The position numbers were made by a program, and so were the translations under genes. Positions 26,808 through 35,710 of a stretch of DNA of 52,632 bases are shown here, piece by piece. The notes beneath the pieces are model-generated. The model was not told the DNA's origin, did not search any database, and saw only the letters and a list, made by a program, of their open reading frames with translations. Each line of letters starts with the position of its first letter. The stretch's first letter is position 1. Source of the DNA: a virus (lineage: Duplodnaviria; Caudoviricetes); the IMG/VR virus record IMGVR_UViG_3300006162_000018, positions 1-52,632 of that record, one strand, 5' to 3'.

Positions 26808-27442
26808 TGACCAGCCATCACGCATCGCTTCGCCACGAGGAGCAGTCAAAGGCTGAGGCGCACGCCCGCAGGGCCGGCTACAAGGTCGGCGGTCATGTGG
26901 ATGAGGAGCAGGATCGCAAGCAGACGGCGGAGATGATCCACAAGCACGAGCGTCATGATCACAAAGGCGAATCGCTGACGCGATACCGAGCTGGCGGCGA
27001 AGTCAAAGGCCGAGAGGCTTGCGCCCGTCCTGATCGTCGCGCTCGTGGCGGCAAAGTCGGCAAGGGACCGAGCAAGGTCAATATTGTTATTGCGACCGGC
27101 GGTGGCGCTGCTGAGCGCCAGCAAGCTCAGCAGCAAGGCATGCAGATAGGGGCGCGTCTCGCGGCTTCTGCGCCGCGCCCACCGATGATGCCGCCTCCTG
27201 GCGCCGGTCTTCCTCCTGGATCCGGAATGCCGCCGCCTGGGGTAATGCCGCCTGGCGCTGGACTTCCTCCCGGCGCGTTGCCGCCGCGGCCCGGCATGCC
27301 GCCAATGAAACGCGGTGGCGGCATCTATCCGCTACACAACGCCGGATCGGGCGGTGCCGAAGGACGGCTGCAAAAGGCGGGACTCGAAAATCTCGTGCCG
27401 GTGAAGGCGCATAGTCGCCGGAAAGCTGGGGGGCGCGTATGA
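26807..27442 (+). CDS. Basic His/Pro-rich protein with xxGG repeats
   Basis: Coupled to portal; five xxGG motifs and PPPGAGLPPG repeats. Confidence 0.7.
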   Translation: MTSHHASLRHEEQSKAEAHARRAGYKVGGHVDEEQDRKQTAEMIHKHERHDHKGESLTRYRAGGEVKGREACARPDRRARGGKVGKGPSKVNIVIATGGGAAERQQAQQQGMQIGARLAASAPRPPMMPPPGAGLPPGSGMPPPGVMPPGAGLPPGALPPRPGMPPMKRGGGIYPLHNAGSGGAEGRLQKAGLENLVPVKAHSRRKAGGRV

Positions 27443-27651
27443 CGGATCTTTCTGCCGCTGCGCGGGAAGCCCTTCGTGGTGCTGATGGCCGATATGTCGG
27501 GCTTATAAGGCGATCCACTTTTTTCGAGCTGTGTAACGCCGGATTCATGGATACCGAAGGTCGCTTGACTGAGGAAGGATTGGAATACGTGCGAGCAGCT
27601 CGGCAAGCGCCGCGCGCTGCTATTCCCCGCCGGCCTGCGAGTAATCTTTGA
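27439..27651 (+). CDS. Hypothetical protein
   Basis: Coupled ORF. Confidence 0.5.
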   Translation: MTDLSAAAREALRGADGRYVGLIRRSTFFELCNAGFMDTEGRLTEEGLEYVRAARQAPRAAIPRRPASNL

Positions 27652-27845
27652 TTCCCCTTCAGGAATTCGTCGATCGCCTCCGGCGCGAGATCCAAGACGA
27701 AGTGGATTCGCGATCTGTGCCGGTGCTTAAAGGTTCGTGCGCAGACTTCGGCGATTATATGGCTGCGGCCGGGGAAATTCGCGGATTGGCGAAAGCACGA
27801 GAAGTCCTAGATGAATTAATAAGGAGAGTGAACAGTGGCGAATAG
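27648..27845 (+). CDS. Small helical hypothetical protein
   Basis: DFGDY...GEIRGL motif, typical just upstream of phage GroES-like genes. Confidence 0.65.
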   Translation: MIPLQEFVDRLRREIQDEVDSRSVPVLKGSCADFGDYMAAAGEIRGLAKAREVLDELIRRVNSGE

Positions 27846-28350
27846 TCCTTTAGCGACGAACACGACCATCCATGGCTATGTCCGTTACAATGCGCGAACC
27901 GAAATACTCTCCTGCGTCGGCGATCTTTCCGATATGGAGTTGTTCGGTACGCAGTTGATCGTCGCTCCCTATGTTCATAGCGGCTTGATGTGGTCCGACA
28001 AGTTGGGGTTCCCGCGCGAGGAACGTTTATCGCTCCCACGACTATATGAGCTTTACGACAGCAGCGTGGGCTTTGTGATACGCGAGCACTCGGTTGAAAG
28101 CATCTACACCGGCAAAGTGCTGCTCGTGGTCAAGATCGGCTCGGAAGCTGACAAGCTCGGGCTCCGTATCGGTGATTGGGTGGTAACTCTGCAAGAGAAC
28201 ACCCGGCAGGTCTCAATCACATCGTTATCGGCCGAGAAAAGCCGGGTGCTCGAATTTGTCGGCGTCAAGTACGCCGCTGGTTGGCCTTGTAAATTCCTAT
28301 ATGAATCAGATGTTTACGCGCGGATCTCCGACCCTGATATGGTGGTATGA
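27835..28350 (+). CDS. GroES-like co-chaperonin
   Basis: GKVLLVVKIG...IGDWVV...FLYESDVYARISDP resembles the GroES fold; lies in the head module. Confidence 0.55.
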   Translation: MANSPLATNTTIHGYVRYNARTEILSCVGDLSDMELFGTQLIVAPYVHSGLMWSDKLGFPREERLSLPRLYELYDSSVGFVIREHSVESIYTGKVLLVVKIGSEADKLGLRIGDWVVTLQENTRQVSITSLSAEKSRVLEFVGVKYAAGWPCKFLYESDVYARISDPDMVV

Positions 28351-28685
28351 TGGGAAAACGTCGTCCCGTTGCTCGCGACCGAGATGTCACCTCTTGGGTT
28401 GAAAGCCTCTCTCCAGGAAGCCATCGCGGAAATGCTACGAACCTTGCGGTTCCGCGGGTCCTGGGCCGACGCCCAAGAGCCCGAGATCGGAATGTTGCGT
28501 CATGGTTTGATGATGTGATCGATTTCCAAATCGATGTTACTGATGAATCCACTGTCAATCCGATGGGCGCGCGCTATCTTGGCCTCGCACCCCTTCGATC
28601 CCCGGGCCATCTAAAGCGTGAAGGTGGCATGATCATCAATCCTTGGGGACCGAAGATCATCGAAATCTATCCGGTGGAATCATGA
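28347..28685 (+). CDS. Hypothetical protein
   Basis: Internal repeat ARDRDVTSW / ARDRNVASW. Confidence 0.5.
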   Translation: MMGKRRPVARDRDVTSWVESLSPGSHRGNATNLAVPRVLGRRPRARDRNVASWFDDVIDFQIDVTDESTVNPMGARYLGLAPLRSPGHLKREGGMIINPWGPKIIEIYPVES

Positions 28686-29710
28686 GTGGATCTCGACAAT
28701 CCGATCTTCCCAATCCGGACGAGCTTACGCGCCAGCCCGGCTCGCCGTCTTCCGGAGGAGGAGAAGCACCGACGCCGGAAGAGGCATTAGAGGAGGCTCG
28801 CGCCTATACGGCGCGCATTGAGCGCGAGCGCGATACCGAGCGCCAGCGCGCATCCGAGGCCACGAGACAGCGAGATGAGGCGGAGACGCGTGCCCGCACT
28901 GCCGGCGACGCCGCCGTCTCTTCGCAGGAACGCGAACTGCTGGCCGGCATTCAGGCGCAGAAGACGATTATCGATCAAGCCGAGCAGGAAATCGTGGTCA
29001 CGCAATCGGCGGGCGATGCGGTGGCGACGGCCAAGGCTTTCCGCCGCATGTCTGCTGCCTCTGCCCTGCTGGATCGTTTCGAGGGACAAAAGGCCTGGAT
29101 TGACCAGCAGAAGACCGCCCGGCCGCAGGAGGTCGAGCGGCAACAACAGCCAACCCGAGATCCATCGATCGTTAGCGTCACGACGCCGGGCGGCACGATG
29201 GATGCCACGCCATCGGCAAAATCATGGATGGACAAGCATCCCCGCTTCTATGATGACTCCGCCTATTACAATCACGCGGTTGCGGCTCATTCGACGGTCG
29301 TCGCCGATGGCATCCGCGAAGGAACGCCGGCCTATTTCCGCGCTCTCGACGATGCGATGGCGCGATACGAGCGATTCGAATCCTATGAGCGTGGAGATGG
29401 AGGACAACAACAGATGCCGAACGGTCAGCAGCAAGCTCAGCGGCGTGGGCCATCGGCATCCTCGATGGGCGCCCCGGTCTCGCGATCAAGCGTGCCTGTC
29501 ACCAATCGCAATGGAGTGCCATCGCCGGAGGCAATCGCTCGGCATATCGGCCCGGCCGTGACAGTCGATGATCTTCGCGAATTCGCCAGGCATAACGGCT
29601 ACAAAGGCGAGGAAGGCTTCCAAGCCTACCTCAAAGAGCAGCAAGCGATCATCGATATACAGCGCGCTGGCGGCGACGCTGGTTTGCGGGTTGATGGAGT
29701 TTATCGATGA
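28682..29710 (+). CDS. Putative capsid scaffolding protein
   Basis: Acidic coiled coil, WMDKHPRF...YFRALD, located between portal and capsid. Confidence 0.7.
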   Translation: MSGSRQSDLPNPDELTRQPGSPSSGGGEAPTPEEALEEARAYTARIERERDTERQRASEATRQRDEAETRARTAGDAAVSSQERELLAGIQAQKTIIDQAEQEIVVTQSAGDAVATAKAFRRMSAASALLDRFEGQKAWIDQQKTARPQEVERQQQPTRDPSIVSVTTPGGTMDATPSAKSWMDKHPRFYDDSAYYNHAVAAHSTVVADGIREGTPAYFRALDDAMARYERFESYERGDGGQQQMPNGQQQAQRRGPSASSMGAPVSRSSVPVTNRNGVPSPEAIARHIGPAVTVDDLREFARHNGYKGEEGFQAYLKEQQAIIDIQRAGGDAGLRVDGVYR

Positions 29711-30393
29711 GCGACTCGGATAATCTGCCTGGCGGCATGGAATCTCCCGAGAAAGTTGATCGGCGCAAACGGGTTCGCACACCGGAAGAGAAACTGGAGA
29801 TGCTCGCCAATCTCTCCAAGGCCAGGGAAGCCAAGTCTGGCAAGACGCGTGGGCGGCCCGCTTTTCGGGAGATGACGGAGCGGCTACCCAAGGTGCGTGC
29901 GCCTGAGATTACCGGCGATATGTCTCCCGAGCAAATGCTCGACGCTATCGGTTCCGGCGAGGGGCTGACTCGCGAATCGCGCGTCGGCATTACTGCTGCT
30001 TTCGATATTCCGGAGCGCGGTCGTCGAGAAGGATGGGATTATCAGTGGTGGCCCACCCATTATGTTGGTGAGGAAGTCGATCCGTCCTATCAAGTCGAGA
30101 TCGCCCGCGGTTCTTGGTTCCCGGTTCCGGCCTCGCATTTCCCACAGCTTTGCCCGCCCGGCTGGAAGCGCCCGACAATCGACCGCGAGGGAATGCGGCT
30201 CTATATGCGGCCGATGCGGCTAACCGAAGAGGCTCGCAACGAGGCGGCGCAGATGGCCTATAGGCAGAAGATGGATCGGCTTGCTGCCGCTCAGGCTGGT
30301 GACGCCGGCCGTGACATGGCCCGCCGTGTCGGGGGCGACCGTTGGGGGGATGCGGGCATTCGCGTCGAGGGCGACACGAAGCCGTTGATATGA
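29707..30393 (+). CDS. Conserved head-module protein
   Basis: GWDYQW...WFPVP...IDREGMRLYMRP pattern found before capsid genes in this phage type. Confidence 0.65.
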   Translation: MSDSDNLPGGMESPEKVDRRKRVRTPEEKLEMLANLSKAREAKSGKTRGRPAFREMTERLPKVRAPEITGDMSPEQMLDAIGSGEGLTRESRVGITAAFDIPERGRREGWDYQWWPTHYVGEEVDPSYQVEIARGSWFPVPASHFPQLCPPGWKRPTIDREGMRLYMRPMRLTEEARNEAAQMAYRQKMDRLAAAQAGDAGRDMARRVGGDRWGDAGIRVEGDTKPLI

Positions 30394-30466
30394 ACTTATT
30401 CATAGTTGCTATTGGCTATGCCATCCTCGTTTATGTGATTACTTTTGTAGCTCTAAATTATCTGAT

Positions 30467-30754
30467 ATGATGATCGAAGAGGATATCGAGCGGCTTGCAG
30501 AGCAACTTTCAATGGGGCGCGACGCCCCCTCAGTGATTGAGGAGAGTTGCGAGATCGAGATCACGCCAGAGATGATTGAGGCGGGGCGCGATAAGGTTTA
30601 CACGCATATATCAGGACTGATCTCCGCTACGGATTCGTCTGAAGCGGAAGAAGCGGCGCGGGATATTTTTTGCGCAATGATTCGCGCACGCCGGCATCCA
30701 GCTAAGATTTCGATCTTGTACCCGGATGCGCCTTGGCGACCTCTTCGAGATTAG
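30467..30754 (+). CDS. Hypothetical protein
   Basis: EIEITPEMIEAG...IFCAM motif. Confidence 0.55.
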   Translation: MMIEEDIERLAEQLSMGRDAPSVIEESCEIEITPEMIEAGRDKVYTHISGLISATDSSEAEEAARDIFCAMIRARRHPAKISILYPDAPWRPLRD

Positions 30755-30893
30755 ATTTCATCGAATTAAACATCTCAAATAGGCGTTGATCTGTAACTCC
30801 TAATCGGTTCAGTATTTGGAACACTCGTTCCATATCCTGCCTAAGGTCTTCGATCTTTTCCGTTTGGTTCAGCTCTACCCATGTCTTTGGCAC
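30702..30893 (-). CDS. Hypothetical coiled-coil protein
   Basis: 63-aa AT-richer antisense ORF. Confidence 0.45.
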   Translation of the reverse strand: MPKTWVELNQTEKIEDLRQDMERVFQILNRLGVTDQRLFEMFNSMKSNLEEVAKAHPGTRSKS

Positions 30894-31003
30894 AGAATCC
30901 GTTGGCTCGCGCCGAATCGTCGATCCCGAGAACCGCGCGATTCTACTCGTCCTTTCGGATCGAGTCCAGGATCGCCCGGAATTGCTCGCGTGTGAGCTTC
31001 GGC

Positions 31004-31075
31004 TTACGCGTCCGTCCCCCGGTGAGGCTGTCGGTAAGTGAGCCTCTTGCCAGCGATCCCCTTGATCGCATTATC
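31004..31075 (-). pseudogene. C-terminal remnant of an IS1595-family transposase
   Basis: Hand translation DNAIKGIAGKRLTYRQPHRGTDA-stop; GKRLTY is the characteristic IS1595 C-terminal motif. Confidence 0.55.
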
Positions 31076-31230
31076 GGGACCTCGCACGAAGATTTCTCTT
31101 GACTGATGATGGCCTAACCGCTAACCGCTGATTAGATCGAGCCATGGTCCGCGCGTGATCGGCTCTCAGCAACCGACGATCTGACCTGAAGGCGCTCTGA
31201 GGGAACGATCTGAGACATGGAGTCTCAGGC

Positions 31231-31875
31231 GTGGCGACCCTCACTCTCGCCCCATTCGGTCTGCGGCCCACCCGCAATCTCGGCGCCCAAGCCCCGACCT
31301 ATCAGGCAAACCTCTATCTAATCAAAAAGAGCTATAGCTCTGCGATCGGCTTCGGCGATCTGATCGAGACCAGATCAGGCTCCGGCGTCTATGGCTATGT
31401 CGGCATCTACACAGCGGGCGATACCCATTCATTGGGCGTCTTCGGTGGGTGCCTGCCGTACTTCGATACGGTGCTCCAGCAGACGATCAACAAGCAGTGG
31501 TATGCTGGCACAGAGAGCCCGTCAGGGGATATCTATTGCTTGGTCTACGATGATCCGACGATCGTCTTTACCGCTCAGTTAGGCGGTACGAACGCTTCAA
31601 ATCCAGGGAATGTCCTTGACCGGGGCGGCAATATCGATCTGGCGCAGAACGGCTCCCCCAATACTTCGACGGGGGTGAGCACCGCCTATCTCGACGCCAC
31701 CACCTACAACAACACCACGGCAACCTTACCCCTACGCATCGTCGGGTTGTCGATGATGTTCCAGCCTGGCTATGACCCGACAACCCTACTGCCGACCGCG
31801 GCGAGTCAGCCTACCAATAACTATCTCGATGTGGTGCTCAATACTTCCGAGTATCGCACATCTACCGGCATCTGA
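31231..31875 (+). CDS. Capsid decoration / minor capsid protein
   Basis: APFGLRP...DDP...TLPLRIVG, directly upstream of the major capsid gene. Confidence 0.7.
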   Translation: MATLTLAPFGLRPTRNLGAQAPTYQANLYLIKKSYSSAIGFGDLIETRSGSGVYGYVGIYTAGDTHSLGVFGGCLPYFDTVLQQTINKQWYAGTESPSGDIYCLVYDDPTIVFTAQLGGTNASNPGNVLDRGGNIDLAQNGSPNTSTGVSTAYLDATTYNNTTATLPLRIVGLSMMFQPGYDPTTLLPTAASQPTNNYLDVVLNTSEYRTSTGI

Positions 31876-31886
31876 GGAGTTAGGCC

Positions 31887-32795
31887 ATGGCAGTCAATTC
31901 CTCAAATATTCCGGCCCTGCTGCTTCCTGGTGTTCGTAAGATCACTGGAGATTACGCGCAGATCCCGACCCAATACTCGCGCGTCTTCGCCGAAAGCCAA
32001 TCGGATCTGCAAGTCGAGCGCACGATCGCCGCCCGCTATTTGCCGCTCGCCGGACTCAAGATCACCGGCATGCCGACGAACTTCGACAATGGCGCTGGCC
32101 AACGCTACGTCTACTCGCATATCCACGTCGCCATCGGTCTCGGTTACTCCTTCACCCGAGAAGCGATCGACGACAATCTTTACAAAGGCCAATTCAATCC
32201 GACCAACCTCGGGCTGATCAAGTCCTTCCGGCAGACCAAGGAGATCATCGCGGCCGATGTGTTAAATCTCGGGAATATCTATAACGCCGCGATCGGCGGC
32301 GATGGCGTGGCTCTGTTCTCGACCGCGCATCCGGTCGATGGCCTCACCGTCCCGAACACTCCGGTCAATCAGGTCGGCCTCAACGAAGCCACCCTACTCT
32401 ACGGCAACAACATCATCCGCCGCTTCCGCGACAACGCCGGTCTGCTCCAAGGCGCGCAAGGCAAGATGCTGATCGTGCCAGTTGAGCTGCGCCATGTCGC
32501 CAAACGGCTGATGGAAACGCCGCTTCGCACCGGGACTGCCAACAACGACATCTCGGCGGTCAAGGAATACGGCGATCTTGCCGACGGCTACTTGGTCATG
32601 GACTTCCTGACCAGCCCGTACCCCTGGTTTATCGCGTCCGACCAAGGCGGGTTTATCCATCTCGTCCGCGTGCCGTTCGAATCGAGCATGCAGGTGGATT
32701 TCTCGACGGACAATCTTTTGGTGAAGGCTTACGAGCGCTATTACCTTGGATACGATGATTGGCGCGCCGGGTTTGGCAGTTTTCCCACCAATTAG
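31887..32795 (+). CDS. Major capsid protein (HK97 fold, Mu gpT-like)
   Basis: LLPG, TREAIDDNLY, DGVALFSTAHP, LIVP, RTGTANND, ERY...DWR; GAGGAG RBS. Confidence 0.9.
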   Translation: MAVNSSNIPALLLPGVRKITGDYAQIPTQYSRVFAESQSDLQVERTIAARYLPLAGLKITGMPTNFDNGAGQRYVYSHIHVAIGLGYSFTREAIDDNLYKGQFNPTNLGLIKSFRQTKEIIAADVLNLGNIYNAAIGGDGVALFSTAHPVDGLTVPNTPVNQVGLNEATLLYGNNIIRRFRDNAGLLQGAQGKMLIVPVELRHVAKRLMETPLRTGTANNDISAVKEYGDLADGYLVMDFLTSPYPWFIASDQGGFIHLVRVPFESSMQVDFSTDNLLVKAYERYYLGYDDWRAGFGSFPTN

Positions 32796-32826
32796 TGCAT
32801 AGGCTGCACCCGAAAGGAGCCGCCTA

Positions 32827-34107
32827 ATGGGCGCTACCAACTTCACCGGCCCGCTCTTCGTCAGCGGGGATCTTGAGCAGCTTGAGGCGTCTCCGGGCGG
32901 CGCGATTCTGCTGCCGGACCCAAACCCGGATCGTGGTCCATCGATGCTGTTCGGCGGCTACGGCTATCCCGATACACGCTATACCTTTCTCAAGGATCTG
33001 GTGCAGGGCTATCCGGGCCGCGTGCCGGAACTGCTGACCTCTGGGCAGGTCGTCAGCAACAACGCGATCCCGGCAGCGCATGCGACCAACAGCCTGGTTA
33101 CGACGGCGCACACGACCTCTGGTACGGCGATGACCTTGGTCACGACTGCGGCCTACGGGATCACGCCGAATATTCCGATCATCCCGTTTACCGGCATATT
33201 GAATGCCGGCGCGGTGGTCACGGCGCCGATCGTGCTCGATTTTGGTTTCTGCTACGGCACCACGACGACCGGTTCTACCGCACAGACTGTAACCGTGCTG
33301 GACTCGACCTTGTTCATGGTGGGCATGCCGTTGGTCATTTCGTCGGCCGGAGCTGCAACGGGCGCGCTCACGCCGCTGCTGACCTACGTGACCGGCATGC
33401 CGACATCGACCACTATCACGATACATGATGCTGCATTGCAAGCAGGCTCCTTCGCGATCGGCACGGGAAATTCTTGGCCGACCAGCGAGTTCGGGCAAGT
33501 CGAGCCGGTATCACATCTTCCGATGTTGGCGGCCGGCCCCGGTCTGTTTCTCGATCCGCGCCAGGGGATTGCGCGGGGCATCGTAACGACAGTTTCGGCC
33601 GGAGCTAGTGCCAGTAATCATATCGTAGTCCATGGCTGGGATGTCTATTGGCAGCCGATGACCGAGTCGATCGCGCAGGGGTCGGCAACCAACTACGGCA
33701 AGAAAGCCTTCAAGGCGATCAGTTCGATTGTGCCGGACTTCACCGACGGGACGAACAACTACACGGTCGGTACATCGGATGTGTTTGGCTTTGCCCAGCG
33801 CTGCGATCTCCTTGAGGAAACTATGGTATGGTGGGGCGGGGCGCTGAGTGCTGGCGCCAATTATGGCTTTGTGGCAGCCGACACGACCAATCCAGCGACA
33901 ACCACTACTGGCGATGTACGCGGCACGATCCAGACTTCGGCGATTGGCGGAGGCACGGGCCTTGGCTCGACTGCCTCGAACGGTTCGGTTTCGACGATTA
34001 CAGTTTCAGGCAACCGGTTACGCATGCAGTCGGCGATGACGGTGTGGCAACAGACCCAGAACCGGTTGAGTCAGCCACAATTCGGCTTCGGACAGCCCCA
34101 GGTGTAG
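32827..34107 (+). CDS. Putative virion structural protein
   Basis: TNFTGP N-terminus, GWDVYWQPMTE, GKKAFK, TTTGDVRGT; follows capsid. Confidence 0.65.
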   Translation: MGATNFTGPLFVSGDLEQLEASPGGAILLPDPNPDRGPSMLFGGYGYPDTRYTFLKDLVQGYPGRVPELLTSGQVVSNNAIPAAHATNSLVTTAHTTSGTAMTLVTTAAYGITPNIPIIPFTGILNAGAVVTAPIVLDFGFCYGTTTTGSTAQTVTVLDSTLFMVGMPLVISSAGAATGALTPLLTYVTGMPTSTTITIHDAALQAGSFAIGTGNSWPTSEFGQVEPVSHLPMLAAGPGLFLDPRQGIARGIVTTVSAGASASNHIVVHGWDVYWQPMTESIAQGSATNYGKKAFKAISSIVPDFTDGTNNYTVGTSDVFGFAQRCDLLEETMVWWGGALSAGANYGFVAADTTNPATTTTGDVRGTIQTSAIGGGTGLGSTASNGSVSTITVSGNRLRMQSAMTVWQQTQNRLSQPQFGFGQPQV

Positions 34108-34110
34108 TCG

Positions 34111-34851
34111 TTGAATCCGGTTCGCGTTACACTGACGCTCGGAGCGGCTTCCGCAACGGTCATCGCAGCCTCGCAGACGCCGGTTAGCGGCACCGATCTT
34201 ACTTTGGTCGGCGGCGGAACAGTCACGCTTGATGCGGCTCGCCGAGTGCTCCTTACCTACGGCAACGAAGCGTCGGCACGGACTTTGGTCGTCGCCGGTA
34301 CTGACCGCTCCGGCAATGTCCAGACCGAGACGCTTGCGGTCCCGTCTGGTGGTTCCGGCACAGTCTATACGCATCTCGATTTCCTGACGGTCACAAGCCT
34401 TTTGCCGCTTGGAGGCGGTTGGACGGCGGCGGTTACGGTCGGCACCAACGCGGTCGGCTCGACGCCATGGATTCAGCGCGAATGGGGTCAGATCGGCAAG
34501 ATGGGTGTGCTGATCTCAATCGCGGCGAGCGGCCCGACCTCGCAGCTCGAATGCACCTGGGATGACATCAACGCTGTCCAGGAATTGCCGCCATGGGGCG
34601 CATCGCCGGAGCCGCAGAGTGCTGTCCCGCCGCTGGCGATCATTGCCCCTGCTTCCGAGGCAATCTTTGCGCCGACGACGGGATTGGCGCTCGGGACTCA
34701 GAGCTGGGCTGGCATCACCTCGACTGGCGGCGGAGCCGTGAGTGCATTCGATGTGCCCGTCTTCGCTATTCGCGCAACGCAGACGGCCGGTTCCGGTACG
34801 ACCGTCTTGTACGTGATCGAGACCACCGGAGATCGTAAGAACGCGTTCTAG
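34111..34851 (+). CDS. Putative virion structural protein
   Basis: Beta-rich, GTDRSGNVQTETL related to the preceding gene. Confidence 0.6.
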   Translation: MNPVRVTLTLGAASATVIAASQTPVSGTDLTLVGGGTVTLDAARRVLLTYGNEASARTLVVAGTDRSGNVQTETLAVPSGGSGTVYTHLDFLTVTSLLPLGGGWTAAVTVGTNAVGSTPWIQREWGQIGKMGVLISIAASGPTSQLECTWDDINAVQELPPWGASPEPQSAVPPLAIIAPASEAIFAPTTGLALGTQSWAGITSTGGGAVSAFDVPVFAIRATQTAGSGTTVLYVIETTGDRKNAF

Positions 34852-34890
34852 GACGCGGTGCCGACGGTTCGCAAACAGGAGTTAGATTGA

Positions 34891-35241
34891 ATGAAAGACG
34901 GTCATTCCGGGCACCACAAGGAAGAGCACAAGGCTCATAGCGAGCACCATCACCACGCTGGCCACAAGGGCGCGGTTGTCCATGTCCATGCCAAAAAGAA
35001 GGGCGGCAAGGTCATGGAGGACGAGCGGACCAAGGAAGAGGTCAGCGAGGAGATGGAGGGCCACAAGCGCGGCGGCGAGGTCAAGGGCGAGGAAGCTCGT
35101 CATAGGCCTGATCGGCGGGCGCGGGGTGGACGCATGACGCCAAAATCTCCCTTTAGCGGGGCCGACACTGGCCGCGCATCCTACCAGTCCACGGTCAAGG
35201 GCGTGGACGAAGGCGGAAAGGGCAAAGAAGTCCGCCCTTAG
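34891..35241 (+). CDS. His/Lys-rich protein with xxGG repeats
   Basis: Shares GGEVKG...RPDRRARGG with the 26807 protein. Confidence 0.7.
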   Translation: MKDGHSGHHKEEHKAHSEHHHHAGHKGAVVHVHAKKKGGKVMEDERTKEEVSEEMEGHKRGGEVKGEEARHRPDRRARGGRMTPKSPFSGADTGRASYQSTVKGVDEGGKGKEVRP

Positions 35242-35465
35242 CTCGCGGTGGCCGACTTGATGCGGCGGAGCGCCGCCGGCTGCCGCGGAGCGACTTTGCG
35301 CTCCCAGGAAAGGGCGAGGGACCGAAAGGTTCTGGTCCCGGCTCTTATCCGATCGAAGACCGAAAGCACGCGATCAATGCGCTTGCTCGCAGTTCAGGCA
35401 AGCCTGTCGAGGCGGCGGTACGCCGGAAGGTACATGCGAAGTACCCTGGCCTTGGGGAAGACTAA
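35238..35465 (+). CDS. Start-less ORF in the -1 frame of the preceding gene (DUF6582-like)
   Basis: LARGGRLDAAERRRLPRSDFALPGKGEGPKGSGPGSYPIEDRKHAINALARSS...; stop overlaps the next ATG. Confidence 0.65.
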   Translation, partial: LARGGRLDAAERRRLPRSDFALPGKGEGPKGSGPGSYPIEDRKHAINALARSSGKPVEAAVRRKVHAKYPGLGED

Positions 35466-35710
35466 TGGCCGATTTCACGATCATGCCCGGCACGTTTCAC
35501 GTTCGCGTGAACGATGGGCATTCCTCAGAAATCTATGAGATCGAGGCGGAGTCGCCAGATGAGGCGATGACTAAGGCTGCCGTGAAGTGGGCGGCGCGTC
35601 CCGTTCGGCGCCGTCGGTCGCCTTCGCACACCGAAGATCATCTTGCCGAAGTCGCAGAGGATGTCGCAAAGGAGGAACCCGGTGCCGCAAGGCGTTCCCG
35701 GAACTCCTAG
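35465..35710 (+). CDS. Hypothetical protein
   Basis: TAATG-coupled 81-aa ORF. Confidence 0.55.
   Translation: MADFTIMPGTFHVRVNDGHSSEIYEIEAESPDEAMTKAAVKWAARPVRRRRSPSHTEDHLAEVAEDVAKEEPGAARRSRNS

Noticed and set aside
27175-27310. PPPGAGLPPG repeats
   Set aside because: Low-complexity coding linker.
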